IMG/VR virus record: IMGVR_UViG_3300028888_000007
Location: 1 to 64,000 of that record
DNA: 64,000 nt
Direction: 5' to 3' (one strand)
Source: a virus
Taxonomy: Duplodnaviria; Caudoviricetes
Shown: in pieces, positions 37,410 to 47,213 of the stretch
Numbering within the stretch: position 1 is the first letter of the stretch
Layout of the letters: every line of letters starts with the position of its first letter
Notes under the pieces: generated by a model
Database searches by the model: none
What the model was told of the DNA's origin: nothing
What the model saw: only the letters and a program-made list of their open reading frames with translations
Translations under genes and position numbers: made by a program

Positions 37410-37778
37410 TTGGTTATCATGCCTCCTATCAACATAAATCAGAGAAGAGGTTGGATTGATGTTATTAAAACTACGGTTGGTACTGAAAACGTTATTCTTA
37501 CGTTGCCTAATGGGACGTTTAGGTGGCGTAGACCAATAGGTTATGTATCGGTTCGTCTTAGTACTGCTATTGAGGCAACCGATACATTCCCAATCCTATT
37601 TTCAGTTAATGGTGTAACTTTACCTTTAACTGGGTTAAATGGAGTGGCTATAACCGTAGCAGATTTAAGTCAAACCGGTATTTACCTCATTTATTATAAC
37701 AAGTCAACTAAGACTTTACAACTGATGGCCCCGTATGCTCCAACAGGAGCTACTGTCACCAATAATCAAGGAAATTAA
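37410..37778 (+). CDS. Beta-rich hypothetical protein
   Basis: ORF track (TTG start). Confidence 0.7.
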   Translation: MVIMPPININQRRGWIDVIKTTVGTENVILTLPNGTFRWRRPIGYVSVRLSTAIEATDTFPILFSVNGVTLPLTGLNGVAITVADLSQTGIYLIYYNKSTKTLQLMAPYAPTGATVTNNQGN

Positions 37779-37803
37779 GTATTAACAAATCACACCTAGA
37801 CTC

Positions 37804-38340
37804 ATGTTCTCAAACATTAGACAGGGAGTTCCTGTATACCTTTTAGATAAGGTCGGACAAAACGGACCAGTATTAAAGATTGGTCAAGTAGAGCAAGTAA
37901 GTCAGCTGCAGCCTAAACACCAGACATTCACTCCTGGAGTAAACATAGGCTTGCCTAATCTCAATGAGATGGTTATTAATATCCGGGTTAAATTTGATGA
38001 TGGTCCAAGAGACTTTAATCAGGTTCCGGCTAACCTATCTCTGGCAGATTTCAATAATGGTACTGTTATTTCAGATAACCGGGCTGATATGATTTCTGAA
38101 ATTGAGGTGATGGCACAAAACAGTAAGAACATAATCTCTTCAGTTCCTTACCATCAGAAAGTAGTACAGGCTAGTGATTTGATGTTGAAGCAACTGAATC
38201 CTAATTTTGCTAAAGAGGCAGAGAGGGATACTACCATCTCTAACCTCAATCAGAAGGTGGATTCACTAACTGAAAACGTTAATACTCTAGTTAAGCTCTT
38301 CCTTGAAAGTGGTGGGAAAGTGGGTTCTGGTGCTAAATAA
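37804..38340 (+). CDS. Hypothetical protein with C-terminal coiled coil
   Basis: ORF track. Confidence 0.75.
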   Translation: MFSNIRQGVPVYLLDKVGQNGPVLKIGQVEQVSQLQPKHQTFTPGVNIGLPNLNEMVINIRVKFDDGPRDFNQVPANLSLADFNNGTVISDNRADMISEIEVMAQNSKNIISSVPYHQKVVQASDLMLKQLNPNFAKEAERDTTISNLNQKVDSLTENVNTLVKLFLESGGKVGSGAK

Positions 38341-38352
38341 CCAGAAGTCAAA

Positions 38353-38667
38353 ATGAAAATTTACGAATTCTTCGATGAAGACTACAATAAGACTGTAGAT
38401 ATGGCCGAAGATATTGAGGAGCTTGCAGGGAAACTTGTAAAGTGTCTCAACAAGGCTGAAGAGAGAGAAGGCAATCAGGGTGGTGATATGAACTTCCGTC
38501 GTAGCCCTCGTATGCGTGGCGGTCGGGGTGGTGGACAAGGTAGCTACAATATGCCTCGTATGCGAGGTGGCATTGGTGGCTACGCTGAGGTACCTCCTCA
38601 CATGCGTGGTTATGTCGTTCGTCCAGAGGATGAAGACTGGATGTATAACGAACGGTACAACTGGTAG
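38353..38667 (+). CDS. Protein with Arg/Gly-rich low-complexity tail
   Basis: PRMRGG repeats. Confidence 0.75.
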   Translation: MKIYEFFDEDYNKTVDMAEDIEELAGKLVKCLNKAEEREGNQGGDMNFRRSPRMRGGRGGGQGSYNMPRMRGGIGGYAEVPPHMRGYVVRPEDEDWMYNERYNW

Positions 38668-38687
38668 GTTTAGAGATCCACAGTCCG

Positions 38688-38718
38688 GGGCAATAGAGGG
38701 AAACTTCTATTGCCCTTT
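38688..38718 (+). terminator. Intrinsic terminator-like hairpin
   Basis: GGGCAATAGA/TCTATTGCCC plus TTT. Confidence 0.65.
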
Positions 38719-39162
38719 ATTGTTGTTAAACTTATAGAGATTATGAATCTTACAGATTACGAAACATTACCGAGGTCACAACGTATCTATATGATGCACT
38801 TCGGACCTCATTTTAATAAAGCATTGTGCAAGTTCGCAGTCAGTAACATGTTCTTGGATGACGAAGAGCTTCAACCTATAGAGCCTATCACTAAAGAACA
38901 GGTGGACGAAATATTGGCAGCAAATAATATCCGTCTAGCAAACAATAGATTGTACGACTATGTATTTGTTGCAAATATGGGTAAAGCTGACTACATGGGT
39001 GAAGGAGGCTGCCTAGAAGACGAGCAACATTTAGCTAAGTATATCAAAAATGTAATTGATGATCCTGATGCTAGGGAAGGTGTAACCTTTGCAAGGTGGT
39101 TGGCTACTATGGCAGTAAATGGTATAGAGATAGAATGGTCTGACATACTTGATCACTCATGA
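38710..39162 (+). CDS. Hypothetical protein (start probably ATG 38743)
   Basis: ORF track. Confidence 0.75.
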   Translation: MPFIVVKLIEIMNLTDYETLPRSQRIYMMHFGPHFNKALCKFAVSNMFLDDEELQPIEPITKEQVDEILAANNIRLANNRLYDYVFVANMGKADYMGEGGCLEDEQHLAKYIKNVIDDPDAREGVTFARWLATMAVNGIEIEWSDILDHS

Positions 39163-39545
39163 CAACTCAGAGTCTCCAGCTGTATGATTATGGCTGGAGA
39201 CTATTTGTGTTTTATAATATAACAGTAAAGGACTTAGACATAGTATTACCTGCTTTATGGGAAAACGGTTGTAGTAATGAAGGTATTAGAGAAGTAGCTT
39301 TAGCTATCATGAACCCTAACTCTGGATTTACTCACACTCAAGGTAGAACAAGTATAATGGGTATAGGTTGGACTGATTCACCAGAACAGTTCCAGAACAC
39401 ATTAACTCATGAGATTAATCATCTTCAGGATGATATATGTATCTACTACGGATTACCATTATCAGGTGAGATACCTTCTTCTATAGTTGGTAACATTGCT
39501 ATGGCTATGTACAAAAGTTCCATAAAGTATTTAAATTATGCCTAG
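39159..39545 (+). CDS. HExxH-containing hypothetical protein
   Basis: THEINH motif. Confidence 0.7.
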   Translation: MTTQSLQLYDYGWRLFVFYNITVKDLDIVLPALWENGCSNEGIREVALAIMNPNSGFTHTQGRTSIMGIGWTDSPEQFQNTLTHEINHLQDDICIYYGLPLSGEIPSSIVGNIAMAMYKSSIKYLNYA

Positions 39546-40113
39546 ATCCATATTTACTATTGGCCCTATACCTGAAATTTCTATAGAAGCCTCTTATATA
39601 AATCCAGAGAATATTGAAAAGGTAAAGAAGTTAATAGAAGCTATGCCAGAGATTGAAACTATAGCTTATCATAAAGCTTGTACAAATTTTGGTAATATGC
39701 TTGCTAGGTATGTGAGGAGGTGTATAATGTCTAATACTCCACCAGAAGGAGTAAGTTGGCCTCCACATTCAAAAGATTATTTAAGGAAATATAATGTAAA
39801 AGGCTTTTGGCAATTATCTGGTCAGATGTTACGAAGTATAAAGCTAAGACAATATCAAGGAGGCTATTATGTTGGTCCTAACCCAGGTGAGAAGGCTGTT
39901 GATCCAGTTAATAAATATGAAAGGAGTAGACCTTCTAAACTTACTTTAGTACAACTAGCTAGAGTATTAGAGGGTGGATTTAATATTAAAGGAGGAGGTG
40001 ATCTAGAAGCTAGACCCCTATTCAGGCCTTCTTTTAAAGCTGTTGGTGGTACAGAACGTTTAAAGAAATACTTAATCGCAAACTTAAGAAGAGAAGTTAA
40101 AAAATACCTATAA
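39538..40113 (+). CDS. Tail completion/virion morphogenesis protein
   Basis: ARPLFRPSF motif typical of HK97 gp10/Mu gpG-like proteins. Confidence 0.6.
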   Translation: MPRSIFTIGPIPEISIEASYINPENIEKVKKLIEAMPEIETIAYHKACTNFGNMLARYVRRCIMSNTPPEGVSWPPHSKDYLRKYNVKGFWQLSGQMLRSIKLRQYQGGYYVGPNPGEKAVDPVNKYERSRPSKLTLVQLARVLEGGFNIKGGGDLEARPLFRPSFKAVGGTERLKKYLIANLRREVKKYL

Positions 40114-40114
40114 T

Positions 40115-41077
40115 ATGCCACAACATTTTCAACTAAAAGCTAGTACGGATAGTGGTGATGTGATCGGGGAGTCACTAACCATGTTCGGTAATCAATTTTC
40201 TTTTAAGGTATTACCTATTAGTGTAAATAATGGTTTAACTAGTATACGTAATTCCATTGTACTTACTCACGGTGGGAAGGATTATACAATCTCTTTAAAT
40301 CATAAACCATCTAGTGGTGATTATATTGATCCAGAACCATCCATACCAAAATGGTCATACGTTGATGATCTATATAGCTCATTTACCTATAGCCCACGTA
40401 GCCTCACACCTGTTAGCGAAGAGTATGCAAAAAATTTTCAGTATGGTTATGTGTTTGTAGATTCTGGAGTGTACGATAACTATGGTAGTATATCCATAGA
40501 AAGCATAAATATCGGATATGCTTTTACAACTGAATCCATGGCTAATCAATCCTTGAAGAAGGGGTTATATGATAAATCTTTAAAACTCGATGAGTCATAT
40601 GAAAAGATATGTAGGTTTAAAATGTTTTATAAACTACCTACTACTGATCCAATTACCGGAGATCAAGTTATTCCTACGGATGATGGTACTCCTGATAGTA
40701 ACAGACTTAGATTACCATGTAAAGTAGAATTTATAGCTCCAGACATACTAATAGACCCATTCATTGTATACCGTATAAAATCAACCATTAAAAAAACTGG
40801 AGAAATAATTGAGGCTAATTATGACGATTGGGATAGTTTTAGATTAAATTGGGATTTGTATAGATTAAATCCTGATTTCTCTGATGCTAAATTCTATGGC
40901 TATATATATAGTGGAGTAAAAAGGAACTTTGAAAGTTCTTATGTTGGCCCATATACTTTGACTATACAGGAGGTAGCTCAGGAAGTGGACGGTGTACAAA
41001 GGGTATTCGGGGCAAAACCACTATATTTATATGTCGGCCAGTTAGAGGTTCGTACACCAAGTCGACACAATAATTAA
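40115..41077 (+). CDS. Hypothetical virion-region protein
   Basis: ORF track, 320 aa. Confidence 0.65.
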   Translation: MPQHFQLKASTDSGDVIGESLTMFGNQFSFKVLPISVNNGLTSIRNSIVLTHGGKDYTISLNHKPSSGDYIDPEPSIPKWSYVDDLYSSFTYSPRSLTPVSEEYAKNFQYGYVFVDSGVYDNYGSISIESINIGYAFTTESMANQSLKKGLYDKSLKLDESYEKICRFKMFYKLPTTDPITGDQVIPTDDGTPDSNRLRLPCKVEFIAPDILIDPFIVYRIKSTIKKTGEIIEANYDDWDSFRLNWDLYRLNPDFSDAKFYGYIYSGVKRNFESSYVGPYTLTIQEVAQEVDGVQRVFGAKPLYLYVGQLEVRTPSRHNN

Positions 41078-41081
41078 AGTT

Positions 41082-41798
41082 ATGGTAACAACTCAAGAAA
41101 TAATAGAGAGATCTCTATATGCTTCGCTAATGCAGGTAGCTCTACAACTCAATAGGACTATTGATCCAGATTTGTATCTACCTGTATCAGTTGAGAATCA
41201 GCGAATGTATAAAGAAGCTGTAGAAGCCATTGGAGATAAATTTATCTACATCTTTGGAGTTGGTAATAATCAAGTACGAGGTCCAAAGATTGTACCAAGA
41301 ATTACTATAGACTTGAATGCTTACTACCCAGGAAATATAGGTACTGAAGCATTTATGGTTGGTGAAGAAAAAGAAAATGAAGAGTACCGCCAGTATTCAT
41401 ACCCTTTTGAAACTAAGGATGTTCAGTTTGACATTCATCTAGTGGCAAGCAGAGTGGAAGACTTACGGTTACTACATGGTATACTATATACTGCTTTACC
41501 TGTACGGGGTTATATAAAACCATTCTTAGAGGCAAGTTTGCAAGAGTATCTAGAGCATAATGGACTTGCAAAGACTGGTAACTTATATATAGAAGTTTCT
41601 AATTACTATGATCATAATGATCAGGAACATGGTTTGTTAGAGAAAGTTTATTCTTATACTGTGGTCGATAGTTATATTGAGGAGAACTTCCCAGAAGGTG
41701 CTACATTTGCTCCTATCAAAGATATTAGAGCTCTTATTCAACTTGAGGGCCCAGAAGATACTTTAACTAATGACTCAGTATCTTTACATGTTCAGTAG
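41082..41798 (+). CDS. Tail terminator-like protein
   Basis: Position immediately before the sheath. Confidence 0.5.
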   Translation: MVTTQEIIERSLYASLMQVALQLNRTIDPDLYLPVSVENQRMYKEAVEAIGDKFIYIFGVGNNQVRGPKIVPRITIDLNAYYPGNIGTEAFMVGEEKENEEYRQYSYPFETKDVQFDIHLVASRVEDLRLLHGILYTALPVRGYIKPFLEASLQEYLEHNGLAKTGNLYIEVSNYYDHNDQEHGLLEKVYSYTVVDSYIEENFPEGATFAPIKDIRALIQLEGPEDTLTNDSVSLHVQ

Positions 41799-41804
41799 TG
41801 ATTA

Positions 41805-41834
41805 ACGATACTCTAGTTACATAACATAAAGGAT
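41805..41834 (+). promoter_or_regulatory. Candidate late promoter
   Basis: ACGATACTCTA-N10-ATAAAGGAT upstream of the sheath gene. Confidence 0.5.
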
Positions 41835-41866
41835 TTTAATAACACTTTAATAAACACAAGTAGATT

Positions 41867-43678
41867 ATGCCAAATTCACCTAAGGTTAGCTTCAACTTGA
41901 TTAACAATAATCTAGAAGCTACAAAACCTCTCAATGGGGTTTCTTGCATGTTGGCCCGTACTACTAGTGGACCGGTTGGACTTGGTGAAACACTAATTAA
42001 CTCGGTTACTAAATTCCGTAGTATTTATGGGTCTGAAATTGTTCCCGATGGTAGCCCCTCTAACATTGAGAAGGCACTTAAGGGTGGTTCTAAACTTCGT
42101 ATCATCAGAGTAATTGGTTCAGGTGCTACAGAAAACTTCGTTGCTACCACAGCTAATGCTCAGGCTCCAGATACGATTTTCAATATCTCTTTAAAGGATG
42201 GTTCTATTGGAGAAACTGCACAAGTACTCCAGTTTGCTTTCAAAGCAAAGAATAATCCTGCAGAATTTAAGGGTAAGAATCCTCTGATAAAAGTTCAGAC
42301 TGATGCCAATGGTAATATCTTTGTTATTACTTACGAGGGTAACACTGTATTCGAAAAGGCTCTGCTCTTGAACATTAATAAAACAACCTCTACTGTTGGA
42401 GGTAATACAGTAAACTATCTTTCAATTGATACCAGTGCACTAAATACCTTCATTCAGTCAAATCGTTACTGGGATATTTATTGGATGTCTTCTTCTACCA
42501 TGTTTACTAATTTGGGAGTTCCTACTTCTCTTACAAAGGGTGGAGATTTTATGGTGAACTTACTGAAGGATAATCTGGATGGTCTTAACATGGCTGGAGA
42601 AGATCCTATGGTTGTAACTGTTAATCAGAAAGCTGCAGCTACTTCAGTAATGCTCACTGTTGCTACTACTGGTATTACAGTTGGTACCGGTAATCCAATG
42701 GAAGCTTTTGTAATTGCTGGTAATCCTGGATCTACTCCTACAGCTCAACAGTGGGAAGATGCTGCAGAATCTATTCGTGATCTGCAGGAAATTTACGAGG
42801 TCTCTTGCTCTCACCTTAATCAGCATCTTTCTAGTGCTGATGAGCTTCAGGTTCATACTTATATTGGTAACATGGCTAATGAAATGGAAGAGTTCCAGTA
42901 CTTCGTAGAGATTCCAGTTACAGAGGCTACAACTAAGGCTCAGCTTATTACACTGGCTAATCAGTACGAAGGTGCTATAGGTAAATCCAAGTGGATTTGC
43001 TATTTCACTGCAGGTATTAAGTATTACAGTGAGAATGGTAACTTGGTTGCTTCTAGTGTAATGGGTACTGTACATGGCCTTGCAGATGCTTGTGCATCTA
43101 ACTATGGACCTTACCGTTCATTTGCTGGTATGAATCGTGGAGTTATTCCTAATGGCAATGGTCCTGTAGTTGCTAACTTCGGTTCTCCATCTCGTTATGA
43201 CGATCTCAATGAACTGGCTGAGCATTGCTTGAATATGATTGTCCTAAAGCAGACTCGTACTTCTGGTTTGGCAACTGTACTATGGCATTCATTTACTTCT
43301 CAGGTTCGTCAGGATAGTTTCCGCTACATTCATGCAGTTCGTTTGGCCCTGTATATCAAGAAGCAGATTCGTCCTATCCTTGAGTCATACATTGAGGAGC
43401 CTAACATGTGGAACTCTTGGAAGCGTATCTATCTGGAGGCTAAGCCTATTATGGATGGTCTGGTAACAGATGATGCTATTACCGAGTATACTTGGGATGG
43501 TGACCAGGATGCTACATCTTGGGATGAGCTCACAGTAAACAACGAGGCAGATGCCCGTAACGGTAAGTACCAGCTTAACATTAAAGTTAAGGACGTAGCT
43601 ACTATGCAGGATATCAATGTTAACCTGATATATGATCAGGCTTCTAACACGATGTCTTCTTCTATCACTACAGTATAA
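41867..43678 (+). CDS. Contractile tail sheath protein
   Basis: 603 aa; C-terminal YIHAVRLALYIKK...EPN sheath pattern; followed by tube. Confidence 0.85.
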   Translation: MPNSPKVSFNLINNNLEATKPLNGVSCMLARTTSGPVGLGETLINSVTKFRSIYGSEIVPDGSPSNIEKALKGGSKLRIIRVIGSGATENFVATTANAQAPDTIFNISLKDGSIGETAQVLQFAFKAKNNPAEFKGKNPLIKVQTDANGNIFVITYEGNTVFEKALLLNINKTTSTVGGNTVNYLSIDTSALNTFIQSNRYWDIYWMSSSTMFTNLGVPTSLTKGGDFMVNLLKDNLDGLNMAGEDPMVVTVNQKAAATSVMLTVATTGITVGTGNPMEAFVIAGNPGSTPTAQQWEDAAESIRDLQEIYEVSCSHLNQHLSSADELQVHTYIGNMANEMEEFQYFVEIPVTEATTKAQLITLANQYEGAIGKSKWICYFTAGIKYYSENGNLVASSVMGTVHGLADACASNYGPYRSFAGMNRGVIPNGNGPVVANFGSPSRYDDLNELAEHCLNMIVLKQTRTSGLATVLWHSFTSQVRQDSFRYIHAVRLALYIKKQIRPILESYIEEPNMWNSWKRIYLEAKPIMDGLVTDDAITEYTWDGDQDATSWDELTVNNEADARNGKYQLNIKVKDVATMQDINVNLIYDQASNTMSSSITTV

Positions 43679-43698
43679 TTCTTTAATAACTAAAAGAT

Positions 43699-44166
43699 AT
43701 GGCAACAGCAAAAGTAAAAAACCCTAGAAAGACTTTCCTCTTTTCTATCACTTTTGCCAAACACCCAGTCAATAGCTACCTTTGTCAGAAAGCAACTGTA
43801 CCCGATATAGAAATCGAGGAAGTTACTCATGGCGATATTAACCGGGACGTTAAGACTGCAGGTCGTGTAAAGATTGGCGATTTGATAGTAGAGAAGCTTC
43901 TTACAACTTCTGGCTCTGACACTTGGGCTCACGATTGGCTCATGGCTTGCCAGGATCACCTTGCTGGTGGAGGCCTTGTTCCTTCAGAGTATTGGGAAAC
44001 CATGACTGTAAACGAACTGGCTGAAGATGGCAAATCAGTACTCAACACTTGGCTTCTTGATGAGGTATGGCCAAAGAAGATTGAAGGTATTGAATTTGAC
44101 CGTACTACATCTGAGAATTCTATCGAGCATATCGAATTTTCGGTAGGTACTTGCGATAAGATTTAA
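43699..44166 (+). CDS. Tail tube protein (T4 gp19-like)
   Basis: Size, position, WLLDEVWPKKI...EHIEF pattern. Confidence 0.85.
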   Translation: MATAKVKNPRKTFLFSITFAKHPVNSYLCQKATVPDIEIEEVTHGDINRDVKTAGRVKIGDLIVEKLLTTSGSDTWAHDWLMACQDHLAGGGLVPSEYWETMTVNELAEDGKSVLNTWLLDEVWPKKIEGIEFDRTTSENSIEHIEFSVGTCDKI

Positions 44167-44263
44167 CAGACACACTCTAGTTTAGGTGGAGGGGCTAGTT
44201 CTGGGAGAGATCCTAGTTCTGGCCCCATTTTTGTTTTTATTTACAACTTAAAGGTTAAACATT

Positions 44264-45070
44264 ATGGAAATTCAATTAAGGAAGATGGCCTTCACGTTGC
44301 CTTCAGGTTATTCCTGTGAAATTCGTGAACAGAACGGAGAGGATGAAGAAGTACTTTCTAATCCTGCAAACATTAAAAACTTTATGAATATTAATGAGTT
44401 TATTGCAGGAATAGTAACTCATACCGATTTTACTGCCTCAGGCAAACTTCTAGTGCAAGATGTAATGAAACTTCCATTACTAGACAGAGCAGTAATTTTG
44501 ATTAATTCTAGAATCTTCTCTCTAGGTGAGGAACTGGAGTTTAATTATAAGTGGCCAAGACGTGAAGGTTCTAAGGATCCGGCTGAGTTTACTTATACTC
44601 AAAATCTTAAGGATTATGTCTTTGAGGACTATGGTGTTAAGCCAACCGAAGAAGAACTCAAGGCTAAGCCTGATGCAGTACCTTATTACCCTCTTGAGGA
44701 GGATAAAGATAATCCAGGAAAAGTTAAGCTTACCGATCATAAGTTCACATTATCTTCAGGTAAGGAGATTATGTGGGATGTGGCTACTGTTGAATCAGAG
44801 CAGTATCTTATGAAGCTTGGTATGGACAACATTTCTCGTAATAAGGATTTGATTGCCCGTAACCTTCGTCTTAATGTAGATGGTAATTGGGAAAAGGTAC
44901 AGAACTTCAAACTCTTCTCAGTTAGAGACATGGCTGAGATGAGAAGAGAAATTCTAGCTTCTGATCCCTCATTCACTGGAAATACTGAAATAGAAGATCC
45001 TATAACTAATGAGAAAGTTCAGGTATCTGTTTTGGCAGTACCTACTTTTTTCTACCTGACGGAAGTATAA
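44264..45070 (+). CDS. Tail assembly chaperone (G-like)
   Basis: Between tube and tape measure; ends at a slippery site. Confidence 0.75.
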   Translation: MEIQLRKMAFTLPSGYSCEIREQNGEDEEVLSNPANIKNFMNINEFIAGIVTHTDFTASGKLLVQDVMKLPLLDRAVILINSRIFSLGEELEFNYKWPRREGSKDPAEFTYTQNLKDYVFEDYGVKPTEEELKAKPDAVPYYPLEEDKDNPGKVKLTDHKFTLSSGKEIMWDVATVESEQYLMKLGMDNISRNKDLIARNLRLNVDGNWEKVQNFKLFSVRDMAEMRREILASDPSFTGNTEIEDPITNEKVQVSVLAVPTFFYLTEV

Positions 45071-45219
45071 GTAGTGAATACAAGTTTGTTTTCATTACTA
45101 GGGCTGAGATAAACCTGGACTATCTCACTTACCTTAAACTTCCGTATAGGTCCAGGAAGATCTTTTACGATCTAGCTGACGAGTATCATAAGAAGTTAAA
45201 AGAAATGAAGAAGACATGA
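45046..45219 (+). CDS. -1 frameshift extension of the tail chaperone (GT-like)
   Basis: T TTT TTC at 45046-45052; the -1 frame stays open to TGA 45217-45219, overlapping the tape measure ATG. Confidence 0.75.
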   Translation, partial: FFLPDGSISSEYKFVFITRAEINLDYLTYLKLPYRSRKIFYDLADEYHKKLKEMKKT

Positions 45220-47213
45220 TAGGTATGAACTCTGGTCAAACCATGGTATCTGTAGGAGTTGCTATGGTTCTCCAAGACCAGTTTACCAATCAGGCCAATA
45301 ATATTGGAAAAGCTTACCGGGATATGATGGAAGAAATCTATCAATCATCTCAAGCATCTCGAGGCCTTACTGAACTAGTTTGGTCAAGAGGTGCTTCCGG
45401 TTTAGCTTTATCTACTATGGGTGGACTGATAGACTCCTACCAGTATATGGCACAGGCTGAGAATGAACTGTTCTTGGTCCAGAAAATGACTAATGCCACT
45501 TTAGAGGAACGAAAGGATATTATGGATAAGATCCAGGAAGTAAACCTTAAGACTCCTCTTAAAACTGAAGATCTAGCTTCAGCTTCAAAGTTCATGGCTA
45601 TGGCTGGTAATACTCCAAAAGGTATTCAGGGTATGTTAGAGCCTGTAGCAGAATTGGCTAGTATCTTCGGTATGAATCCAGGTGGTAAGGGAGGTGTAGC
45701 TGACTTGTTCACCAACATCTCTATGATGTTTGGTAGGAATATTGAGGATGTAGACGAAGCTTTTAACGTAGCTAATGAAATCTATGCTACTGTTACAAGG
45801 TCTAATACTAACCTTCAGGATTTGGCCCAGGCAATTACCTACTCAGGTTCTGAAATGAGAAGAGCAGGATATGGTCTTAGAGAAACTGCTGCTAGTATTG
45901 GTGCTATGGGTAACTATGGTATTCAAGGTAGTGCAGCTGGTACTGCTCTAGCTAACATGATGCGTTATATACAGTTATCTGCCGCTGGTCAGAAAGCTAA
46001 AGGAGCAGATATGCTTAAGGCTGTAGGTATAGATGCAAAGTCTCTAATGGATTCTGAGGGTCACCTCATATCATTGAATGATATTTACCATAAGATGTAT
46101 GAGGCAACTAAAGATCTGGATACTTTCTCAAAGAACCAATTCTTCTATAACGTATTTGGAGTTCGTGGTACTCGTGAAATTGCTGCAATGGTTCAGATGA
46201 TCGAGGATGCTGCAGGAGGAGCTTCTAAGTATGAGCAGTTGATGCAAGAAATGAGCAATGCTTCTGCTAACAATTTGGTTAAAGAAACTACTGAGCAACG
46301 CTTAAATACTGCCCAAGGTCAACTTGATATGATGGCTTCACAATTAGATATGTTGAGGTATAATATCGGTAAGGCTTTAGAGAAGCCATTTGGTAATGTA
46401 TTAGGTGTACTGAACTCTATACTTGGTTTTATTAATGAGATTAGTAAGACTGGTTTAGGTGGAGCTGCAGTAAGAGCAGTTGCTATTGGTACTGCTTTAC
46501 AATTGGCTATCAGAGGTTTAGTAGCAATACGAGGACTCATCAGGTTAGCTTCTACTGGACTATCACAGATGACTGCAGCTGGTGCTGCAATGAGTAGAGG
46601 TCCTGCTGCAGCTAATACTCAGTTCGTACTCATGGAAGGCCATCTTCGTACTCTCATAGTTCTTATGGGTGAGTATATGGCTATGAATAATATGATTCCA
46701 AGAGGTGGTATAGCTACTCCTTATGGAACTGTATTTGCTCAAGGAGGTAGAGCTAGGATTACTAATACTGCTGCTGGAGTTCGTGGTATGAGTCTTAATA
46801 ATGGTATGAATGCTATGGCTGGAGCTGCTATGGGAGCTGCTGCTGCAAGAACAGCTGGAGCTGCTGCTGGAGCTAAAGTTGCTACTGGTGTAGTTTCTAG
46901 GGCTTTGGGATTCTTAGGTGGTCCTTGGGGTATAGCTATTACTATGGGCTTACCATTTATCATAGATCTACTTAGTAGTAGTAATGACGAGAATCGTAAG
47001 CAGACTGAACTATTGGAGGAATCTCTAAGTGCCAGTGAGATGAGGAACTTGGAGGATGAAGCTCTTATTAATGCTTTACGAGCTGCTTGTAAGGATGGTA
47101 TTATGGAAGGTGTTAGCAATGCTAAACCAGTACCTGTTGAGGTATCTCCTGTAGAGGTTACAGTTAATGGTAACTATAGTAGTGTTTCAAATGATTATAA
47201 TATTTGGGAATAA
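45216..47213 (+). CDS. Tape measure protein
   Basis: TP901-like core (MGNYGIQGSAAGTAL); Ala/Gly-rich C-terminus. Confidence 0.9.
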   Translation: MIGMNSGQTMVSVGVAMVLQDQFTNQANNIGKAYRDMMEEIYQSSQASRGLTELVWSRGASGLALSTMGGLIDSYQYMAQAENELFLVQKMTNATLEERKDIMDKIQEVNLKTPLKTEDLASASKFMAMAGNTPKGIQGMLEPVAELASIFGMNPGGKGGVADLFTNISMMFGRNIEDVDEAFNVANEIYATVTRSNTNLQDLAQAITYSGSEMRRAGYGLRETAASIGAMGNYGIQGSAAGTALANMMRYIQLSAAGQKAKGADMLKAVGIDAKSLMDSEGHLISLNDIYHKMYEATKDLDTFSKNQFFYNVFGVRGTREIAAMVQMIEDAAGGASKYEQLMQEMSNASANNLVKETTEQRLNTAQGQLDMMASQLDMLRYNIGKALEKPFGNVLGVLNSILGFINEISKTGLGGAAVRAVAIGTALQLAIRGLVAIRGLIRLASTGLSQMTAAGAAMSRGPAAANTQFVLMEGHLRTLIVLMGEYMAMNNMIPRGGIATPYGTVFAQGGRARITNTAAGVRGMSLNNGMNAMAGAAMGAAAARTAGAAAGAKVATGVVSRALGFLGGPWGIAITMGLPFIIDLLSSSNDENRKQTELLEESLSASEMRNLEDEALINALRAACKDGIMEGVSNAKPVPVEVSPVEVTVNGNYSSVSNDYNIWE

